DNA of 64,000 nt from the human T2T-CHM13v2.0 reference genome, Homo sapiens: NCBI RefSeq assembly GCF_009914755.1, contig NC_060931.1; one strand, written 5' to 3'. Made by a program: the position numbers and the translations under genes. The notes under the pieces were generated by a model. That model did not search any database and was not told where the DNA came from. It saw only the letters and a list, made by a program, of their open reading frames with translations. Below are positions 52,901 through 64,000 of the stretch, piece after piece. The stretch's first letter is position 1. Each line of letters begins with the position of its first letter.

Positions 52901-53336
52901 CAGAGCTGTCATGAATCATGAAGACATGGCAGTAATGAAAACAGGGGAAACAGTAAAGTCTTTCCTTTGCTTACACAGCTCATTATGTTTTATAAATGTT
53001 TTTGCATATATAATCATTAAAAATCCTGTGAGAAAAGAAGGTAGCATATTATTATAAACAGTTTCTAAATGACAAATCTGAGGCACAGAGAGATTAATAA
53101 TCTGGAAGTTTAGGGAACTAGAAGTGGCACAGCTGATGTTAGAGTTAGAACTGATGTCTTCAGATTCATTATCTAGTGTTCTTTCTGTTGTGCCATCTAC
53201 TAGTGCCAACCCAAATTTCTATAGCATTCATTATCTGTAACGCTCTCTTGAAACTTAGTGCAAAGTACCTTTATGGATATATATTCTATCTATCCAACTA
53301 AATTCAAAGACATGCCTTTTTTTTTTTTTTTTTTTT

Positions 53337-53384
53337 AAATATGGAACGCTTCACGAATTTGCGTGTCATCCTTGCGCAGGGGCC

Positions 53385-53435
<51 letters not shown>

Positions 53436-53441
53436 GAGCAC
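53337..53441 (-). pseudogene. RNU6-11P: U6 snRNA retrocopy (processed pseudogene), full length
   Basis: The reverse complement is GTGCTCGCTTCGGCAGCACATATAC...GAAGCGTTCCATATTT, with no mismatch to U6 that I can find. Poly(A) tail at 53317-53336. TSD CAAAGACATGCCTTTTT at 53305-53321 and 53442-53458. No PSE/TATA seen upstream. The symbol is from memory of the locus and is tentative. Confidence 0.96.
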
Positions 53442-53488
53442 CAAAGACATGCCTTTTTATGGCCAACCATATTATGTACTACATATAA

Positions 53489-53794
<306 letters not shown>

Positions 53795-56161
53795 TGAATA
53801 TCAGTAAGTATTTTTTTCGAAGAATAAATTCTGCTATATATTCTGTTTATGCTGGTAACGATTTGTTTATGCAGCTTGTGGTGACAGGCTCCTTGAATTA
53901 GTTTTCACAGCATGTAGAATGGTGCCACAGTGTTTTTCATAAAGCTGGGAAGTCCGAAAGGCCTGAATTCCTTATATTTAAAAGGGCTTATGAGTCATGT
54001 CAACATGGGCATGTTGTTCAACTTTAAGTTCTAATTTCTTTATCTGTAAAAAGAGAATGATAATAGAACTTCAGTAATTCATCATGTAAATAGAAAATGA
54101 TTTATTGTCTGTGTAAAGTTATGAATAGCTTCTTTACACTCAAGATACAAGAGATGGTATGCTTCTTTATTTTCTAAATAAAGCCATCTCCAAATCATAA
54201 CTTATCAGGGTCAATGATAAGCTCAATATCAGTGATTAATTGGGGTTATCCTCACTGGAATTTACAAAAACCCTGGGGCTTACATATTCCCAGGAAAAGG
54301 GGAAGGGCCTGGTTCTTGGTCCACAGGGATAGCCATTTACCCCTTGGCTCCACTTGGGTGCTGTGCACAGGGCCATTTTGTATACAACCTTCACAGACAT
54401 GGATGGCAGCTCAGTCTTCCAAATGTTCAACAGTAGTTGAGCATGGTTTCTTTGCCATGCACTGGAGACGGCCTCCTTGGGTGAGCTGGCCCAAAACTTC
54501 CTCAAAATTCCTCTCTGCTGACTGCTTAGTCACAAATGTCTTAAAAAGATGCTCAAGACATAGCATTTAATGGCCAATTCTCATCTGTTCCAAACACCTG
54601 TTGCCATACAAGGACTTGTAACCTCCAGAATGCCAAGTCCAAGCACGTGAAGAAATTCACAATTCTCCCAATGTTTGCATCTGTGAAACCAACTGCAAGG
54701 TTGGGCCAATCTCCCAAAGCCTCTATTTTCATCTTCTTTGGGACAGTCCAGTTTAATTTCTTCATTGGCTGAGAGCTTTGAAATGAGCCCTATGAACTCT
54801 CACTCTGAGGACAAGGGAACTCTAGACCTCAAGGGCATAGAGCCCTGACCTCATTGTTTCACTGATGAGAAGAAAATAGGGGGAAAAAAATCAAGGTATC
54901 AATAAATTCTTCAGGAAGTCACACTGTTACACAGGCAGATCACATAGCACATAGAAACTGCTCACATTAGTTTGCTTTTTATCATTATTTAGAACACGGT
55001 ACGTGTTTATTGGTTATGCTCCACTGAATCTTCCACCTCTTGAGATGCCTTAAGTTGTGGAAGTAAGAGCCTGGCTTTTGGAGTCAGACAGCTCTGGTTC
55101 TGATTCCTGGCTTTGCCTCTTATCTCTTTGCACTTAGGTAAATTACCTTGCTGAGGTTCAGTTTTTCTTCTGTAAAATTAATTGTGAAGGTTAAATGCAC
55201 TGAACACAGATAGCTGTAGCTTTATCTGCCAGGGCATACAAATAGTCACATATATAATAATAGTCCAAATCTCAAGGCTTGGAGCCCACACCTGCTTGAC
55301 TGGGTCTTTTAGTAGAAGCCCCTCCTGTTAATTTATTCTGTCTGGGAGGTCCCATGGGTGAGGTTTGCCCACAATTTCCTTTATTCTCATGCCCTGTCTC
55401 ATCCCCAGACTGCTGATCTCTTGCTTTTCTCCCTCTCTGACTGGTAGGAAAACTCCCTTAGAGTCTCATGATCAGAGACGTTTTTCACAGAAGAGTTAGG
55501 GCCCTAGAAACAGATGTAACTGACATCCTAGCCTTCTACTGTCATAACACATTGATGCTCAGGGGGAAGGGAGTAATATCAGGTAAGGTCAAGCTCCCTC
55601 CTACCATGGTCCACTGCTCCTCTGACATTCAGGCAGGCTACCAGTTCAGCCTGCTCTTCCAGACCTCCTCTCATAGGCTCTGAGGTCCCTTCGGGCCAGC
55701 CTTTTTCAGGGGATCCCAGTCCCCTAGACTGGTGTGTGGATGCCTTAACACAGTTGGTGGACCAGGATTGAGCTCTCTTCTACAGCTATCCTAAGACCAT
55801 GCAAAACAAGGTATGTGTCTGAGCATCAGTTGTGGTGTTTCAAAACATTCTGTGATGGTCAAGAAGCTTTGGAACTTTGTATAACAGGAAGCTGTGCTAT
55901 CCAGGATGTACAGAGGGTCTCATGCCATGCTCCAAACTTGATCTGGTCCAAAATATTCCTTAAAGCAACTAGTGCTTGCCACACAATAAGCTACTTATTT
56001 TGCCTTCTTTGCTTAAGAACAATTTGAAGTATTTGCTAGACAGTTGTCTCTAAATATTTTACCCTTATGCCTAACTGTTTTACAGTGATAAAATCTGAGA
56101 CCCAAAGTTGTCTGGGTCATGTTATTATATAGAACATCTCAGGACTTGGGAGATTACTATC

Positions 56162-58499
56162 TGATATGGTTTTGCTGTGTCCCCACCCAAATCTTATCTT
56201 GAATTGTTGTTTCCATAATCCCTAGATATCATGGGAGGGACCTGGTGGAAAATAATTTAATCATGGGGGCCGTTAGCCTCATACTCTTTTCATGATAGTG
56301 AGTTCTCACGAGATCTGATAGCTTTATAAGCGACTTTCCCACTTTTGCTAGGCACTTCTTGTTGCTACCCTGTAAAGAAGGATGTGTTTGCTTCCCCTTC
56401 CCCCATGATTGTAAGTTTCCTGAAGCTTCCCCAGCCATGCTGAACTGTGAATCAATTAAATCTCTTTTCTTTATAAATTATCCAGTCTCAGGTATGACTT
56501 TATTAGCAACATGAGAATGGACTAATACAGTAAATTAGCACCACAGAGAGTGGGGTGCTGCTGTAAAGATACCCCAAAATGTGGAAGCGACTTTGGAACT
56601 GGGTAACAGGCAGAGGTTGGAACCATTTGGAGGGCTCAGAAGAAGACAGGAAAATTTGGAAAAGTTTGGAACTTCCTAGAGACTTGGAGGGCACAGAAGG
56701 CAGGAAGATGTGAGAAAGTTTGGAATTTCCTAGAAACTTGTTGAATAGTTTTGACCAAAGTGCTGATCATGATGTGGACAACAAAGTCCAGGCTGAGGTG
56801 GTCTCAGATGGAGATGGGGAACTTTTTGGGAACTGGAGCAAAGGTGACTGTTACACTTTAGCAAAAAGACTGATGGCACTTTGCCTCTGCCCTAGAGAAC
56901 TGTGGAACTTTGAACTTGAGAGAGATGATTTAGGGTATCTGGTGGAAGAACCATCTAAGTGGCAAAGTGTTCAAGAGAAAGCAGAGCATAAAAGTTTGAA
57001 AAATTTGCAGACTGACAATCTGATAGAAAAGGAAAACCCATTTTCTGTAGAGAAATTCAAGCCAGCTGTAGAAATTGGCATAAGTAACAAGAGGTGAATG
57101 ATAATCACCAAGACAATGGGGAAAATGTCTTCAGGGCATGTCGAGACCTTTGTGGCAGCCCCTCCCATCACAGGCCTGGAGGCCTAGGAGGGAAAAATTG
57201 TTTCCTGGGCCAGGCCCATCCCCTGACCCCCTCTGCTCTATGCGCCTTGAGACATGGTACCCTGAGTCCCAGCTGCTTCAGCTCCAGCCATGTCTAAGAG
57301 GGGCCAATGTACAGCTCAGGCTGTTGCTTCAGAGAACATAAGTCCCAAGCCTTGGCAGCTTACATGTGGTTTTGAGCCTGTGGGTGCGCAGAAGTCAAGA
57401 ACTGAGATTTGGAAACCTCTGCCTAGATTTCAGAGGATGTACGGAAACACCTGGATGTCCAGGTAGAAGTTTGCTGCAGGGATGAAACCCTCATGCAGAA
57501 CCTCTGCTAGGGCAATGCAAAAGGGAAATGTGGGGTCAGAGCTGTCACACATAGTCCCTAGTGTGGTTCTGCCTGGTGAAGCTGTGAGAAGAGGGCCACT
57601 GTCCTCCTGACCCCAGAATAGGTAGATCCACTGATAGCTTGCACTGTGTGCCTGGAAAGGCCACAGAGACTTAATGCCAGCCCCTGAAGGCACCCAAGAG
57701 TGGAGCTGTACCCTGCAAAGCCACAGGGGCTAAGCTGCCCAAGGCCATGGGAGCCCACCTGTTGCATCAGCATGCGCTGGATGTGAGACATGGAGTCAAA
57801 GGAGATAATTTTTTAACTTTAAGGTTTAATAACTGCCCTACTGGATATTGGACTTGCATGCAGCCTGTAACCCCTTAGTTTTCACCAATTTCTTCCATTT
57901 GGAATGGGTGTATTTACCCAATGCCTGTACCCCCATTGTATCTAGGAAGTAACTAACTTACTTTTGATTTTACAGGCTCTTAAGCAGAAGGGACTTGCTT
58001 GTCTCAGATGAGACTTTGGACTTGGACTTTTGAGTTATTGTTAGAATGAGTTAAGACTTTGGGAAACTGTTGGAAGGGCATGATTGTGTTTTAAAATGCA
58101 AAGACATGAGATTTGGGAGGGGCCAGGAGTGGAATAATATGGTTTGGCTGTGTCCTCATCCAAATCTCATGTTGAATTGTAGTTCCCATAATCCTCATGT
58201 GTCATGGGAGGGTTCCGATGGGAGGTAATTTAGTCATGGGGTGTTTTCTCAAGTTCTTCTCATGATAGTGAGTTCTCACAAGATCTGATGGTTTTATAAG
58301 GGGCTTTCCCCCCTTTTGATCAACACTTCTTGTTGCCACCCTGTGAAGAAGGATGTGTTTGCTTCCCCTTCTGCCATGATTGTAAGTTTCCTGAGGCCTC
58401 CCAAGCCATGCTGAACTTAAGTCAATTGAACCTCTTTCCTTTATAAATTACCCAGTCTTGGGTATGTCTTTACTAGCAGCATGAGAACAGACTAATATA
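56162..58499 (+). mobile_element. Full-length THE1 MaLR element (THE1C-like): LTR 56162-56529, internal region, LTR 58135-58499
   Basis: Two ~365-bp direct LTRs (TGATATGG...ACTAATACA), a purine tract before the 3' LTR, and a perfect 5-bp TSD CTATC on both sides. Confidence 0.95.
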
Positions 58500-59277
58500 C
58501 TATCAATGAAACATATGAAGTTGTAAGTATGACTGGGTTGATAAGAAATGCTACTAGTTTAGTTACCAAGGAAGAGGAAGAGTCACAGTACTGCATCATG
58601 GTTGGATCCATATAGCTTGGACCCAACATGTGAAAGATTCTTACCCCAATGGAGCAGAATAAAACTGGTTCCTTGAGTACTGTTTGACAGAGACACATAG
58701 GATAAGATGCTTCGTTTAAGAGTATAGGGTGAACCAAATAAACAAAAACCTTCCTCAGGGTTTATGAGAAGGCAGGAATCCAATTGTTTGCAAACTATAT
58801 TGCAGGGAAATGAAGCCTCTGTAAAGCTTGTATTTAGGTGAACTTTGAACTTTTGCCAATGCAAAGAATAAGCACTATTTGCAAATCCCCAGAAGGCACT
58901 GAAGGCACCAAGCAACAATTCAAACACAGAACAGCATGGATTAGACATCATGGGAACAGACAACTGTGGAGCCTCATAGGAAGAGTCATCCAGACCTGGC
59001 CAAACCTGAGACAATTCCTTCTGTCACTTGGATTTAGGGATTCTCTCAAAATCTTTAAAGAAGAGAATCTGGAAAAAAAATGTTTTTAAAGAAACATTTA
59101 CGTGGTGTTTATAAGTATACTATTAGCCTTTCAAGTTGTAATTATTTAATCTTTAAATCAACTATATGAGATGCTATCAGTTCTATTTATAGATTAAAAA
59201 ACTGAGGCATAATTTGCCCAAGACAACAGAGCAAGCAACAACAGAACTAGGCCTAAAAATCAGGCAGTCTGTTGACA

Positions 59278-59680
59278 CACAGAATTACCATATGACCTAG
59301 TAGTTCCACTTCTAGGTACATGTCCAAGATAAGTGAAAACGTGTCCACATAAAAACTTGTACACTAATGTTTATAGCAGCAGTATTCATAATAGCCAAAA
59401 GGTAGAAATAACCCAAATGTCCACCAACAGATGAATGGATCAACAGAATGTAGTATATATATACAATGGAATATTATTCAGCCATGAAAAAGAATGAAGT
59501 GCCAATACATATTACATACTACAGCATGGATAAACCTTGAAAATATTATATCAAGTGAAAGAAGCCAGTCAGAAAAGACCACATATTGTATGATTCCATT
59601 CATATACAATGTCCAAGATAGGCAAATCTATGAAGATAGAAAATAGATTGGTGGTTTCTTGTAAGTAGGGAGGTGATAGC
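59278..59680 (+). mobile_element. L1MB-like 3' fragment
   Basis: AGAATTACCATATGACC...ACAATGGAATATTATTCAGCC...ATTGTATGATTCCATT. Confidence 0.82.
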
Positions 59681-62236
59681 TAAGGGGGAAACAAGATCTC
59701 AAAAAAAAAGTCAGGATCTGGATCAAGAGTCTGTGCTCTCAATTTCTGGGCTATGCCCATCTTTCTTGATCACAGAAGCCTACTGACTAGGACTTCTTGC
59801 TGTATATATTCACATACTATAAAATACATGTGGTTTTGGTATTCATATGGGGGCAAAGTCAGGTAAAAAGTATCCTTAAGGTAAAAGGTTAAAAAGAAGC
59901 CTGGCTTAATGAGACTCAATCGTAAATGGATGAGTAACAGGTTCTATGAAGTTTTAGCATCTATTTGCTATGACTATTCATGTACCCTTCTCTTTTTATA
60001 GAAAAGGTCTTCTATTCTCTCATTGCTACTGAACATCACAGAAAAAGCTATAATAAAGTGTCAGGGTAAAATTCCAGAACAGGTCCATCACATTGCTGCT
60101 CTGTTGAACTAAGTAACCTTTTAGTCAAATAAAACTCCAAACTTAATTGCTCAAGGAAGCAACGTTAAAATTCTGAGAAAAATGTCAGCTAAGTAAATGG
60201 GACCCAGATACTTGAAAGCTGAAAAGCCAAAAACTTATTTTTCTTGCCTTTGCAAAAACAAAACAAAAATAAAAACTATTATTTCTGAAATTGGCTAACA
60301 AATAAATCAAGTAGATATGAAAAAGGGCCCCTGTTGGCCTCTGCTGATAAGTACTAAGTAAATTGGAGATTGGAGGCCCACACTAAGGCCTGGGCCTAGC
60401 ATATGTAAACTTTTTTAAATTACTAAGGCACATGGCTCTTTGAAGATAATAGTCTCAGGTTATAAGTAACCTTCTCATCATTACTAGACTCTGCTTTAAC
60501 TCGCCTGGAATTCATACAAGTAGCTATCAATCAAAAATGGCAATTTGCAAAGTCATGCACTTTCTCTTTATCAATGTTTTCTAAGAAAAGCATTTTGTTC
60601 CCCAGGACTCAATTCCAAATTCTCAAAAAGCTTATATTTGAAAACTTAATTACACCTATGGCAATAATAATAATTTTAAAAAGTGCCCACAATTATAGAT
60701 TCCTCAATAAGCAAGTCCACAAATTTTCCTTTTATTTTACCCACCAGAGGGTGCTACTTCCTTACATTTCCTAAAGATGTGGCCTGGCTTCTGAAGGAAA
60801 TTTTTATATTGTTTTAAGTACCCTGTGTTGATATTCAAATTGGCAACTTTCTGTTATTCAAGACTCTGTAATGCAATAGGAATTTTGTAATTGGACACCT
60901 GTCAGCGGTAGTTACAGAGCTAGTTGCAACACACTCAGATGTTTAAAGTCACTCTTGTGTATTTAAGCCAGAAGTAAGGTCAAGTGATTACAGGTCAGTT
61001 GTGGTTATAGAAACTATGCAATTATCAGAGCCTCCACCCTTCTACTTGCTCAGTGCTTTATTCTTAATAAGGGAAAGAGTAGGTGTGTTCCTTCATCCCA
61101 TAAACACTGCTTCATTTAAAGAGAGAGAGAGAGAGATTACCTACAATGATCTTAGAACCATAATTTAGCCCTAAATAAAGACTTATAAAGATCTTGCACT
61201 ATCCTTTTCAAACCACAAAATGTAAAGCCATCTCTAAAAATGGATAATCATATTATCATGAGCTTAAAAGCAACCTTAGGAAAGACGAAGCTGAAACTAG
61301 GAGTGGGACAGGTGGTTGGGTGTGTCAATCACGTTCACGGGGCTGACAGAAACAGATCAAACATGCCATTTACTCCCTTCGTGGCATTCTTGCAATTAAA
61401 TGAGTGGATAGGACAAGTTCTGACTAATAGAATGTTTGTGGATATAAGTGTGTCCTTTCCAGACTGAGGTAGTGAAAAGTCCATGCAGATTTCTCGTTTC
61501 TCTTTCCCTTTAATAGAATACCCAAGGAAGTGGCATATTTAGGATGAAGCAGCTACAAGATGGTGGCAGCTGAGTGACTGTGTGGAACATAAAATTCTGT
61601 TACTCTAGAGTATGGTCTAGGGGAGGGAAATAGGAAAGGAAGTAAGAGAAGTAACTGTGATCAGATTAGATAGAGCCTTGAAGGAAATGGGGAGCCATTG
61701 AAGAGCTTTGAGCAGAGGAGTGCCATGATCTGACTTAAGATTTTAAGAGAACACTACGCTTGCAACTAGACTGAAGGGGGCAATCATACAAGCAGGGAAA
61801 CTTGTAAGAGGCTATTAAATAATTCAGGGCATCCACATTTATCAGAGTTCACTGTATATATCAGTAGACTCATTACAAACTCTTTTAGTATTGATAAAGT
61901 AATGTCATTTCTCTCTGACTGATTCACATTTAATGTATTTTCCTCTCTTTCTTCTCCTTATGTAAAGACATTATTTCTTTATTGTAGATTTCCCTTTAAT
62001 TTTCTGGTTAAAATACAATCAGAAAAAAATTAATTTCATAGCTCCTTTTAAGCCAATATTTTCAGTTCCCTACTCTTTTATCAGCAGGCTCATTTTTCTA
62101 ATCTTTTTGAAAATATAATACTATGGAAGGTATTTTATAAAGGTAATTTATAAATTTATAAAATTATAAAATAAAATTAAATTATAAATTATAAATTTAT
62201 AATTTCAAAATAAAATTTATTTTGAAATTACACTGA

Positions 62237-62370
62237 GGCTGGGCACAGTGGCACATGCCTGTAATCCCAGCACTTTGGGAGGCCAAGGGGTGTGAATCTC
62301 CTGAGGTCAGGAGTTCAAGACCAGCCTGGGCAACATGGTAAAACCCTGTCTCTACTAAAAATACAAAAAA
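62237..62370 (+). mobile_element. Alu left arm; inverted duplicate of the Alu at 63376-63691
   Basis: Shares the non-Alu flank and private variants with that Alu. Confidence 0.88.
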
Positions 62371-62607
62371 TATATATAAATTTAAATGTTAGCAACATTT
62401 TGCTAACATTTTTGTTAATAATTTTTCATTTACTCATTTTGGTTCCATGTTTCTTGTTCTTTTTGTTCTTTTTATCAGATATGTTTTTCTACCAAGGAAT
62501 GACTGCACTTTAAACAAGGTCTCTTATTTACTTCAATTCTAATATGAATTTTTGTTTGAATACATTATTTGGTACATGAAATCACTATTAACTAAAAATA
62601 GAAGTCT

Positions 62608-63198
<591 letters not shown>

Positions 63199-63375
63199 TG
63201 AAAATTAAAAAAAAAAAAAAAAAAATTAAAAAAAAAGAAGTTTTTCTTTTGATAGCTAAAATATCAAATAAGCATATCATCTTCTATGGTCTAATTAGAA
63301 TGCAATCACTTCATTTTCTTGCATCTTTAACAATTCCATCTAGTGTAATACCGATTTAAAATCTCAATGTAATTT

Positions 63376-63731
<356 letters not shown>

Positions 63732-63762
63732 TGAAATCACTATTAATTAAAAATAGAAGTTT

Positions 63763-63903
63763 TTCCCAGGCTTGGTGGCTCACTTCTGTAATCCCAGCAA
63801 TTTTGGAGGCCAAGGTGGGCTGATTGCTTGAGCGCAGGAGTTCGACACCCACCTGGGCAACATGGTGAAACCCTGTCTCTACTAAAAATACAAAGAATCA
63901 GCC
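63763..63903 (+). mobile_element. Alu left arm; direct duplicate of the Alu at 62608
   Basis: Shares a 43-bp non-Alu flank and private variants with that Alu. Confidence 0.88.
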
Positions 63904-64000
63904 AATGAGAATATGGTCAATTTAGGCATTATTCATATTATTTCTCATTCACTTTTGGTTTTCTTATTGAGGCAGTTAAATAAATCTTGTTAAATCTACT

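Noticed and set aside
53337-53441. Functional U6 gene
   Set aside because: The poly(A) tail and TSD show retroposition, and no PSE/TATA is apparent upstream.
54214-54765. Cluster of 70-118-aa ORFs considered as a possible processed pseudogene or hyaluronidase remnant
   Set aside because: No recognisable homology, poly(A) tail or TSD. A tBLASTx search would settle it.
56720-57791. 125-aa and neighbouring ORFs
   Set aside because: Decayed THE1 internal ORF remnants.

Overview
Human (primate) genomic DNA, not microbial. The only protein-coding sequence is exon 1 of WASL (N-WASP) on the minus strand (CDS 11473-11357, 39 codons, GT donor). It sits in a CpG-island promoter that is probably bidirectional. 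Bases 1-11356 are WASL intron 1. The remaining ~52 kb is upstream intergenic DNA dominated by transposable elements: about 18 Alus, old L1/L2/MIR, hAT and Tigger DNA transposons, a solo LTR12 (ERV9) pointing at WASL, a 968-bp solo HERV-K LTR5_Hs, a full-length THE1 MaLR element, and a sequence-perfect U6 snRNA retrocopy. Almost all ORFs in the track are Alu, LTR or GC-rich artefacts. I find no supportable new gene or multi-gene system. The best leads are: (1) an LTR12 with a strengthened splice donor that could act as an alternative WASL promoter and yield an N-terminally truncated protein; (2) a complex reciprocal duplication of Alu arms at 62-64 kb with snap-back palindromes at the junctions; (3) very young insertions (U6 retrocopy, LTR5_Hs); (4) a uORF and a non-AUG start in the WASL 5'UTR. 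Repeat subfamily calls are by eye against remembered consensus sequences and need RepeatMasker/Dfam confirmation.
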